From a bacterium (GTDB lineage Bacteria > UBA8248 > JACPRG01 > G963555815): DNA of 64,000 nt. Location: the NCBI GenBank assembly GCA_963555815.3, contig CAUVWX020000001.1, positions 1,120,001 through 1,184,000 on the forward strand. The letters run 5' to 3'. Position numbers and translations under genes: made by a program. The first letter of the stretch is position 1. Every line of letters begins with the position of its first letter. The notes beneath the pieces are model-generated. The model did not search any database. It was not told the origin of the DNA and worked only from the letters and a program-made list of their open reading frames with translations. This document shows positions 21,445 through 29,574 of the stretch, piece after piece.

Positions 21445-22008
21445 TTACTGGCTCGGTGGGAGCATTCCGCTGGCCTTGGCGTAGGCAAAGACGTCTCCCG
21501 CCTCAAGAATGGGCAGGACCTCGCCCAGCGACTTTAGGCGAAAGTTTTTGTCGCTCGTCAGGTTGAGAATTTTTTCCTCTCCCACCCGGATCTCCGCCTC
21601 ATCTCCCGTCCGGAAGTGATCGATGAGCCTCTCCTCGCACTCAAAGGGGAGGAGGTATCCACCGTTCACGCAGTTTCTATAAAAGATCCGGGCGTAGAAT
21701 TCGGCCACGACAGCCTCGACGCCCGCCACCTGAAGGGCAATCGGGGCGTGTTCCCTGGAGGATCCACAGCCGAAATTCTTTCCGGCCAGAATGATCCGGA
21801 ATGGGGGTGCTTCTTCCTGAAAAAAGGGGCGGTTTCCATTGGGGAGACCGGCGCCGCCGTCTGGGAGCCCCGAGAGGGCGTACTGAGCGAACATCTTCCG
21901 CTCTTCGGGGATGGCGGGATTCAGGTTGAGATATTGGGCCGGGATAATCTGGTCCGTGTCAATGTCGTCTCCCACGACGTAGACAGAACCTCGGATGAAA
22001 TCCTTCAT
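21445..22008 (-). CDS. leuD: 3-isopropylmalate dehydratase small subunit
   Basis: [29 protein letters not shown]. Confidence 0.93.
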   Translation of the reverse strand: MKDFIRGSVYVVGDDIDTDQIIPAQYLNLNPAIPEERKMFAQYALSGLPDGGAGLPNGNRPFFQEEAPPFRIILAGKNFGCGSSREHAPIALQVAGVEAVVAEFYARIFYRNCVNGGYLLPFECEERLIDHFRTGDEAEIRVGEEKILNLTSDKNFRLKSLGEVLPILEAGDVFAYAKASGMLPPSQ

Positions 22009-22041
22009 ATTTTTTCTGCCCCTCCCCGCAGGCGATGACCC

Positions 22042-23340
22042 TCAGTTGAGAAAGGCCCTGGGGTCCGTGATCTTTCCGGTCACGGCAGAGGCGGCGACCG
22101 TGAGGGGGGAGGCGAGAAAGACCTGGGCCTCCTTGCTCCCCATCCGTCCGGGAAAGTTTCGGCTCGTGGAGGAGATGCACTTGAGGGCCCGGTTGAGTCG
22201 GCCGAAGGTGTCAGAGGGACCCCCGAGGCAGGCGGCGCAAGAGGGGGGACCGAGCTGGGCACCGGCGTTCGTGAAGATGTTAAAGAGGCTTTTGCCGTCC
22301 ACAGATTCCGTGTGGAGGCGCCGGTCGATCTCGGTCGTGGCGGGGACGACGAAGGTGTCGATCTTCACTTGGTGCCCCTTCATAATCTTTGCAGCCGCCA
22401 GAAAGTCTGTGATCTTTCCGCCCGTACAGGATCCGATATAGGCCCGGTCGAGCTGGACGTCTTCGAGCTCTCGGGCCAGGGCGTGGTTGTCGGGAGAGTG
22501 GGGCTTGGCCACCGCAGGCTCGAGGTCAGCGGCGCGGTAGCGGCGGACGCTGTGATAGCGGGCGTCCGGGTCGCTGAAGAACTCCTCAAAGGGTTTCTGG
22601 GTCCTGGAGCGCACGAACTCCCGGGTCACCTCGTCGGGGGCGATGACGCCGTTTTTTCCACCCGCCTCGATGACCATGTTGCAAAGCGTCATGCGCTCCT
22701 CGATGTTCAGGGACGCCATCGCGGAACCCGCGTACTCCATGGCGCGGTAGGTCGCCCCGCCGACCCCGATGTCTCCAATAATGCGAAGGATGAGATCTTT
22801 TGCCATGAGATAGGGGGGAAGCTCTCCCTCGATCTCAAACCGCATGGTCTCAGGGACTTTTAGCCAGAGCTTCCCGGTCCCGAAAACAAACCCCGCGTCG
22901 GTGTTTCCGATGCCGGTGGCGAATTCTCCGAAGGCCCCCGCCGTGCAGGAATGAGAATCGGTCCCAAAGAGAACCTCACCGGGCCGTGTGTGACCCTCTT
23001 CGGGAAGGGCGATGTGACAAACTCCCTTGTACTTCTCACCTCCAACGTCGTAGAAGTATCGAATTCCCTGCTCGTCCACGAACTGCCGCAAGATGTCGAC
23101 GTTTCGGCGAGATTTTTGGTCGGCTGTGAAGATGAAGTGGTCCGGGATGATCACAATCTTCTCGGGATCCCAGACCCGAGCCGATTTTCCGAACTTCTTG
23201 TGAAAGATGCCGATGGTCCCCGGCCCGCAGATGTCGTGAGTCATCATGACGTCCACGTTGACCCACACGGTCTCGCCCTGCGAGAGGGTCTTGCGGCCCG
23301 CCGCCTTAGCCAGGATCTTCTCCGTCAGCGTCATCCCCAT
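22042..23340 (-). CDS. leuC: 3-isopropylmalate dehydratase large subunit
   Basis: GTDSHSCT, IGSCTGG, CAACLGG, RNFPGRMG. Confidence 0.94.
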   Translation of the reverse strand: MGMTLTEKILAKAAGRKTLSQGETVWVNVDVMMTHDICGPGTIGIFHKKFGKSARVWDPEKIVIIPDHFIFTADQKSRRNVDILRQFVDEQGIRYFYDVGGEKYKGVCHIALPEEGHTRPGEVLFGTDSHSCTAGAFGEFATGIGNTDAGFVFGTGKLWLKVPETMRFEIEGELPPYLMAKDLILRIIGDIGVGGATYRAMEYAGSAMASLNIEERMTLCNMVIEAGGKNGVIAPDEVTREFVRSRTQKPFEEFFSDPDARYHSVRRYRAADLEPAVAKPHSPDNHALARELEDVQLDRAYIGSCTGGKITDFLAAAKIMKGHQVKIDTFVVPATTEIDRRLHTESVDGKSLFNIFTNAGAQLGPPSCAACLGGPSDTFGRLNRALKCISSTSRNFPGRMGSKEAQVFLASPLTVAASAVTGKITDPRAFLN

Positions 23341-23400
23341 TTCCCAGTATCCCTTCTTTCTTTAATGCTTAACAGGGGAAGCTCACACCTAAACACCTTC

Positions 23401-23429
23401 AATATAGCGAAGTCCTCCGCCCGCTTCAA
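23401..23429 (-). promoter_or_regulatory. Sigma70-like promoter of leuC operon
   Basis: TTGAAG-17 nt-TATATT on the minus strand. Confidence 0.5.
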
Positions 23430-23524
23430 GGGAAAGGCCGATCCGTTTGCATTCTGGTGATCGTGAAATTATTCTATGATCTGCCATGTAATCTCCCTGG
23501 AGATGGCAGGCTTTGAGGGGCGGG

Positions 23525-24136
23525 ATGGGAAGAGTCGTCATTAAGGAGGTGTTGCCTGCGTCCCCGTCGGCCGTCTGGGAGGTCGTCAGCGACCCCCGAC
23601 GGGCTGCCGAATGGATCGAAGGCGAGGACTTCGTTCGGGTCGAATCAGGCCAGGAGACCAGTCCCCGGACTGAATGGGTTTCACGAATCCGACTCTTGGG
23701 ATTCCCTTTCCACGTCCACAGCAGGAGGCTCGACTGGGCCCCCCTGGAACGGGCCAAGGCCCTCTTCGAGGGCCCCTTCGGCTTTCGGATGGTCGAGACC
23801 TTTAGGCTGGAGCCCCATGTCCTTGGGACCGAGTGGACCTGGGCCAGAGATTACGCCCTCTCAGGGGGAAATTTGGGGGATTGGCTTGACCGAAGATGGG
23901 GCCAGCGGCTCCTAGAGCAGCGGGCAGGACGTTCCGTGGAGAACCTCGTTCGTCTTCTCCGGCGAGAAGGGGGGCCACAGCCCCCCGAGTCTGCCCTCTC
24001 GGTCTTCACAGAGAGGCCGACGGACAGGCCCTGGGGGCTGGACAGCGCGCCTGGCATCTCCTCCTCCGTAGGGGAAACGACGGAGCCTGACCGCCGGAGG
24101 GAAGCAGTTCCTTCCGCACAAGGGAAGGGCAGGTAA
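23525..24136 (+). CDS. SRPBCC (polyketide cyclase/START-like) family protein
   Basis: LPASPSAVWEVVSDP...W N-terminal pattern. Confidence 0.7.
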   Translation: MGRVVIKEVLPASPSAVWEVVSDPRRAAEWIEGEDFVRVESGQETSPRTEWVSRIRLLGFPFHVHSRRLDWAPLERAKALFEGPFGFRMVETFRLEPHVLGTEWTWARDYALSGGNLGDWLDRRWGQRLLEQRAGRSVENLVRLLRREGGPQPPESALSVFTERPTDRPWGLDSAPGISSSVGETTEPDRRREAVPSAQGKGR

Positions 24137-24139
24137 GGT

Positions 24140-24859
24140 ATGGAACCCGTGGCAGACCCGCGTCGGGTCCTCGTCGTCGGCGCTCATCCGGACGACGTCG
24201 ACTTCGGGTGCAGCGGCACCGTGGCCCTTTGGACCCAACAGGGCAAGACAGTGGATTACTGTCTAGTGACCAGCGGCGAGAAGGGTTTTGAGAAAAACCT
24301 CCCCTTGGAGGAACGCATCCGGATTCGGGAGGAAGAACAGCGCGCTGCCGCTCGTCTCGTGGGGGTTCAAGAAGTCATCTTCCTTCGCGAGCCGGACGGG
24401 GAGGTGGTCAACACGCTGGCCCTCCGCGGACGCATCGTTGAGGTCATCCGTCGCACAAGGCCCGAGGCGATCATCTGCACCGACCCGGCGGACCGAAGGT
24501 TCGACAATTTCTACCGCTACCACCCGGACCATCGGGCAGTGGCCGAGGCCGTCTATGACGCGCTCTATCCGGCTTGCGGGAACCGCTTCTTCTATCCCCA
24601 CCTCCTCGACCAGGGCCTCCTTCCCCACTGCGTCAAGGAGGTCTTCTTCGGCCCTCTCACGGCGGAACCCAATTTCTACGTGGACATCAGCGAGACCATT
24701 GACCTCAAGATTAAAGCCCTTGAGTGCCACCGAAGTCAGCTTGCGGACCGGGACGGAATCAGGAATTTCATTCGAGATTGGGCCCGGGAAGTCGGGGCGC
24801 CCAAGTCCATTCCGTTCGCCGAGGCCTACCGAAGAATCGCCATGCCAGAAGAAGAATAG
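24140..24859 (+). CDS. PIG-L family deacetylase
   Basis: AHPDD, TSGEKG, HPDH, ALECHRSQ. Confidence 0.93.
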   Translation: MEPVADPRRVLVVGAHPDDVDFGCSGTVALWTQQGKTVDYCLVTSGEKGFEKNLPLEERIRIREEEQRAAARLVGVQEVIFLREPDGEVVNTLALRGRIVEVIRRTRPEAIICTDPADRRFDNFYRYHPDHRAVAEAVYDALYPACGNRFFYPHLLDQGLLPHCVKEVFFGPLTAEPNFYVDISETIDLKIKALECHRSQLADRDGIRNFIRDWAREVGAPKSIPFAEAYRRIAMPEEE

Positions 24860-24907
24860 ACCCTTTTTCCTACCTTCTTGGTTTTTCCGAATTCAATTTT
24901 TGCCATC

Positions 24908-26618
24908 TCAAGGGACGCGGTAGGCGGTGACCGCCGCTGTCGAAAGAGGAGACCGTTCCAACCGGCGATTCAACAGGTTTTCCACGCGGGCCAGGGCTTG
25001 AGGATCCCGGGACCAATCGAGGGAATTCCGGTGAAGGAGGACATAGCGGATGCGGTTTTCCCTCAGGCCGTCAAGGGCCACGGAGTGGCTCTCCGGCCCA
25101 ATTTGGGCGGGATTGTCGAGGAGCCGAACGAAGGGGTCTGACTCGATGAAACGCCAGGCCGACCGGGGGATGTGGGAGAGAGAACCACTGACGATGGGCC
25201 TTCGATGAACCGTCTGGGCGAAGAGGTACCTCTCCCCGTCAATCCAGGCTCTTAAGGGAACGTTGAGGATCGCGAAATCTCCTTCCTCGGCAGCGAGCCG
25301 CTCATAGAGGGCGGGCCGGGGGGAGATTTGGTAGACCGGCACCGGGGCGGGCCAGGACTCAAAGAGGATGAGACCCCCAAAGAGAAGGCAGACGCCCACC
25401 CCCTTCCGCCCTCTGAGCCTGATCCTCAAAGCCCGAAGGCCATAGGCCGCCAACACCCCCAGGGCCAGGGAGACCAGGACGGCGTAGCGGCTTGGGGCCC
25501 GAGCGGCCTGAAGGAGAGGGACCTTCTGGACAAACCAGTTGTAGGGGAGACGGGTGAAGGGGAGGGGCTCCTTTCCTAGGATCTGAAGATCTGGGCCAAG
25601 GGCGAAGAGAAAAAAGGTGAGGGCCACGAGAACCCAGAATTTGGCCCCCTGTCGCCAGAAGTGCCAAGCTCCGATGATGCTTAGAAAGAGGACGCCGTAG
25701 CCCAGGGCGACCGTTCCCTCCTCCGGGCTGGCCGCATATCGTGCATAGAGGGTTTTCAGGGGTAGGAGATGGCGAAACCAGGGGTGGAGAATAGAAGGGA
25801 TAAAGAAGGCGGAGAGATCGGCTGAAAGCCCCTTTTGTCCTGCTGCCAGGGCAGGAAATTCCCCCTGCAACTTCCCTTGGACCATGGGGATGAGAAGGGG
25901 GAGCAGGAGGACGACGGTTATTCCTAAAGCCAATGCGAGGGCCCCGAGGAGGCGCCGCCGCTTTTCCCCTGTGTCCTGGACGAAAAACCAGTAAATGACG
26001 AAAAGAGCCGTCAGATAGAGAGAGAAGTTTAGGTAGTACCAGCTGAGAAGTGAGACTCCCGTCAGCAGAAGACCTGAGACCACGGCCCGGCCGAGGGATG
26101 GCCTGTCTGCCAGGCGGAGGAGAGAGAGGATGTAGAAGGGAAGAAGGAGGGTCCCTGAGAAATTGATGTGTTGCTGGGCCTGAGCCATGTGAGGGGCACC
26201 AAAGGGGAGGATGAGCCCGGCGATGACGGAGACAAGGGGGGCCCCGGTCATCCTCAGGTTCAGCCGATAGGCCCCGTAGGCCGTCCCCACGAATATGAGG
26301 AGGTACATGAGGTTATAGGCGGGAACGAGGCCGATGAGGAACTGGAAGGGCAGGGCGATAAGGGCTGTCCCGAGGGAGAGGGTGTGGAAGGCGAGGCTCG
26401 CCCCGACCGGGTGGAAGACCAAGGTGGTCGAGAGGGGGTACTCCGCGCCTGAAAAGGCCTCTCGCACCCACCAGAGGTTCCAGAGGTTTTACAGATCGTC
26501 CTGGCCGAAGCCCGGGACGTGGCTGTTGAAGCCCGAGGCCACAGGCCAGGTAAGGATGATGGTGAGGGCCCCGTAAGAGGGATACGATGAGGGACTCTTT
26601 AAGCCAGGGACGGTTCAA
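24908..26618 (-). pseudogene. GT-C-like (YfhO/PMT-like) multi-pass membrane protein, disrupted at the 5' end
   Basis: Frameshift near 26576 and in-frame TAA at 26489-26491 (QDDL*NLWNLWW); the remainder is open with RAPSRY and QTVHRRPIVSG. Confidence 0.7.
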
Positions 26619-26642
26619 AAAGGGGGCCCTTTCGGGTCAAGG

Positions 26643-26716
26643 AGCAGCTTCACTTCCTCCCATTTGGGTTGTATCTGTTTGTCCAATGGATTCCCTCGGA
26701 GGGGTTGAGGGCCTCC
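26643..26716. repeat. 74-bp direct repeat, copy 1
   Basis: Identical to 30746-30819 (AGCAGCTTCACTTCC...GAGGGCCTCC). Confidence 0.95.
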
Positions 26717-26885
26717 ACAATGTAGCCATTCGCGCTACGGTTATTATCAGCGCGCTTCCAAACAGCTTGCCGATCCACTTTTTAGCCAACATGTACAAAA
26801 GCCTTTAAACCGAATCACCGGCGTCAGCCGAGGGCTGTGGCGCGTCAGGTCCCCTTTCACAGCACCCCGGCCATCTCTCCAACGC

Positions 26886-27020
26886 TCATTGGGGAGGGAG
26901 CCAGCCAAGATCACGAAAGGCCTGAATCAATCCATCCGCTACGAGGGCGTTTCCCTCTGCTGTTAGATGGATGCTGTCCGCTCTCAGATAATTCGGGAAG
27001 AGCTTTTGTGGATGCAATAA
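26886..27020 (-). pseudogene. C-terminal fragment of the IS-interrupted SGNH hydrolase
   Basis: LLHPQKLFPNYLRADSIHLTAEGNALVADGL...PPQ* contains the DxxH motif; in frame with 30618-29575 once the IS is removed. Confidence 0.9.
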
Positions 27021-27041
27021 ATTATTAAGGGAATTATAACC

Positions 27042-27077
27042 TTGACGATCCTGAAATTAGGTAATATATTACCTAAT
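27042..27077 (+). promoter_or_regulatory. Transposase promoter with a perfect 22-bp palindrome over the -10
   Basis: TTGACG(27042)-17 nt-TATATT(27065); ATTAGGTAATATATTACCTAAT at 27056-27077. Confidence 0.7.
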
Positions 27078-27094
27078 AACCAAAGGGGATCGTC

Positions 27095-28012
27095 ATGAAC
27101 CTGATGAGCTTCACCCTTAAATTCTCAACCACTGAAGCCTGCATCAAGCATCTCGAAGAAGTCCGTTGGGGGGGGGAAGGCCCGTATTGCCCTCATTGTG
27201 GTAGTATGGAGAAGATATACCGCTATTCCGATGGGGTCCGCTATCGGTGCAAGTGTTGTAAGGGTGTGTTCCGCATAATCACGGGAACGCTATTCGGGGA
27301 TAGCCCAATCAAAATGCTCCCAAAATGGTTCATGGCGATCTATCTAGAAACCACTCACAACAAGGGAATCTCCAGTGTGCAATTGGCCGCGCACATAGAC
27401 GTTCCACAAAAGACTGCTTGGTTCATGCTACAACGCATTCGAAATGCAATGTCAAAAGATGACACTTCCATGCTTGGAGGTCACGTGGAAGTCGATGAGA
27501 CGTATCTTGGCGGACGGGAAAGAAACAAGCATCAGCATAAGCGGACACCAAAGACCCAGGGGCGTAGCGTGAAGACAAAACAGCCCGTGTTTGGAATAAG
27601 GGAGCGCGGTGGAGAGGCAAGGGCGTTCCAGGTGAAAAATGTGGACAGCAAGACGATTGTTCCTATCGTACTTAAGAATGTCGCTCTTGGTTCAAAGATG
27701 AGCGCTGACGAGTTTCGGCCCTATGGCTCCCTTGAGACCTTCTACGCAGTCAGCCGGGTTAATCACGGCGAGAAAGAGTATGTGAGAGGTGAAACCCATA
27801 CAAACAGCATAGACAGCCTTTGGGCGCAATTGAAACGGGTATATTTGGGGACACACCATTGGTGGAGCAAAAAACACACCCAACTCTATCTTGATGCGGT
27901 ATGCTTCCGTCAGAATTACAGGAATGGGTCTTGGGGGAAAGAAGCGATTGTGAACAGGCTGCTTGATATGGGACAAGCCGCGCGGCTCACCTATCGGGAA
28001 TTGGTCACATGA
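27095..28012 (+). CDS. IS1595-family (ISXO2-like) transposase
   Basis: Zn ribbon CPHC..CKCC, KGISSVQLA..TAWFMLQRIR HTH, VEVDETYLGG, HTNSIDSLWAQLKR, RLTYRELV. Confidence 0.95.
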   Translation: MNLMSFTLKFSTTEACIKHLEEVRWGGEGPYCPHCGSMEKIYRYSDGVRYRCKCCKGVFRIITGTLFGDSPIKMLPKWFMAIYLETTHNKGISSVQLAAHIDVPQKTAWFMLQRIRNAMSKDDTSMLGGHVEVDETYLGGRERNKHQHKRTPKTQGRSVKTKQPVFGIRERGGEARAFQVKNVDSKTIVPIVLKNVALGSKMSADEFRPYGSLETFYAVSRVNHGEKEYVRGETHTNSIDSLWAQLKRVYLGTHHWWSKKHTQLYLDAVCFRQNYRNGSWGKEAIVNRLLDMGQAARLTYRELVT

Positions 28013-28875
28013 GTTCTCAGGCCGAACCGCTTGAGGATCTCAACAGAGTCCTCAAGCAGACCCCTATCCCATACCTGGATCGGGCGAGGGCCTACCCGTT
28101 CGTCAAATGGGCAGGCGGCAAAAGGTCTTTGATTCCTGAGATCGTCAAGGTATTGCCTCCCCAATTTGGCCGCTATTATGAGCCTTTCGTTGGTGGTGGG
28201 GCAGTGTTCTTTTCCATCGATTCTCGCATTCAATCAGCATATCTGTCCGACATAAACGTTGAGCTCATGATTACATATAAGGTGATTGAGACCAATCCGG
28301 ATAAGTTAATTGATGAGCTGGTAGTGCATAGCAAGAAACACAACAAACCCCATTATCTCAGTGTGCGAAAAAACGGACACGGCGAAGCCGATCAGGTGCG
28401 TTTGGCCGCGCGATTCATTTACCTGAATAGGACTTGTTACAATGGCCTTTACAGGGTGAACAAGCAGAGGAAATTCAATGTCCCCATGGGCAGCTATAAA
28501 AAACCCAGAATATGTGACGAAGACAATATCCGCGCCACTTCCGAGGTCCTGAAGAAAGCAACCATAAGATTTCACTCTTTTGAAGACATCGAACCCGGGG
28601 AGAACGATCTCGTTTATTGCGATCCGCCATACCATGAGACTTTCGACGGATATACCGACCGGGGATTTGACGAGAATCATCATCGGGACTTGCGAGAAGC
28701 GTGTGTTCGATGGCGTAATGATGGCGCTTATGTGATTGTCTCAAACAATGACACCTCCCTTATACGTTCTCTTTATAAGAACTTCCGACTTATTAAGGTC
28801 CAGGGGGCGAGGAATATCAGTTGTAAGGGCGATGAGAGAGAGAAAGCATCTGAATTGCTCATACTCGGATATTGA
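28009..28875 (+). CDS. D12-class (Dam/DpnM-like) N6-adenine DNA methyltransferase
   Basis: KWAGGK, YYEPFVGGGAVFF, NRTCYNGLYRVN, FNVPMG, DPPY. Confidence 0.95.
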   Translation: MSSQAEPLEDLNRVLKQTPIPYLDRARAYPFVKWAGGKRSLIPEIVKVLPPQFGRYYEPFVGGGAVFFSIDSRIQSAYLSDINVELMITYKVIETNPDKLIDELVVHSKKHNKPHYLSVRKNGHGEADQVRLAARFIYLNRTCYNGLYRVNKQRKFNVPMGSYKKPRICDEDNIRATSEVLKKATIRFHSFEDIEPGENDLVYCDPPYHETFDGYTDRGFDENHHRDLREACVRWRNDGAYVIVSNNDTSLIRSLYKNFRLIKVQGARNISCKGDEREKASELLILGY

Positions 28876-28890
28876 CCAAGGAGGCGAAGA

Positions 28891-29085
28891 ATGAACCGTC
28901 CTATCAATGCAGAGGCTTCAATGCTTTCTCAGGTTAAGGAGAATGCTGTGGATGTTGCGGGAGCGGTGAACTATTTCGAGCAGCGGATCGACATTCTTGA
29001 GAGGAATCTCATGGATGTCATGGTGGACGGATTCAAAAAGCTTGGTGTGGACATAGAGATAGAGAACCCAGATGGTGATGATTGA
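28891..29085 (+). CDS. Small hypothetical protein (64 aa) within the IS cargo
   Basis: AAGGAGG RBS; its stop overlaps the nuclease ATG. Confidence 0.65.
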   Translation: MNRPINAEASMLSQVKENAVDVAGAVNYFEQRIDILERNLMDVMVDGFKKLGVDIEIENPDGDD

Positions 29086-29552
29086 TGGCACTGAAGTCAG
29101 GAGGGACATCCGCGAACATATCTGGTTCTCAACTAGAGCGGTTTGTAGCTGAGAAACTTGACGATCGAGGCTATCAGTTTGTCCCTCGTGAGCAGTTCTA
29201 TCCCGCCCGCGTCTTGGAACAAACCATCTACACCCAGCAATTTGAGATTGGGAAGAGCATCTACGGGAAAAACCGATTAGTAGACGTGATTCTCTACCAC
29301 CCATCCTTGTGGCCTGATTGCCTTTGTATTCAGTGTAAATGGCAAACCTCAGGAGGTAGCGTCGATGAGAAATATCCCTACGAAGTTCTTTCAATAGCCA
29401 AGAACGACGTGGATACCATCATCATCCTTGACGGAGACGGATACTCACAAGGGGCGCGTCAATGGCTATTGGACCAAGCCGGAAAGAACAGGCTAAAGCA
29501 TGTGTTCAATCAGGGCAAGTTCTCAAGATTCGCCACGAAAGGCAGAATTTAG
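29085..29552 (+). CDS. PD-(D/E)XK nuclease, putative type II restriction endonuclease
   Basis: N-terminal helix SGSQLE, LVDVIL...IQCKWQ..GSVDEKYPY; located downstream of the MTase. Confidence 0.75.
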   Translation: MALKSGGTSANISGSQLERFVAEKLDDRGYQFVPREQFYPARVLEQTIYTQQFEIGKSIYGKNRLVDVILYHPSLWPDCLCIQCKWQTSGGSVDEKYPYEVLSIAKNDVDTIIILDGDGYSQGARQWLLDQAGKNRLKHVFNQGKFSRFATKGRI

Positions 29553-29574
29553 GATCGTCTAAGGGATAGATCCC

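Larger units (their letters stand above)
27029..29574 (+). mobile_element. IS1595-family transporter IS carrying MTase and nuclease passengers
   Basis: 24-bp TIRs at 27029-27052 and 29551-29574 (18/24 identical), 8-bp TSD ATTATTAA at 27021-27028 and 29575-29582, interrupts a gene. Confidence 0.93.

Noticed and set aside
23330..23400. Leucine attenuator leader upstream of leuC
   Set aside because: No Leu-rich leader peptide or terminator hairpin.
26587..26808. Plus-strand ORFs sharing AASLPPIWVVSVCPMDSLGGVEGL (also 30654-31307)
   Set aside because: Only the antisense translation of the 74-bp DNA repeat.
28891..29085. Classic R-M controller (C) protein
   Set aside because: No recognisable Xre/HTH pattern; left as unknown.
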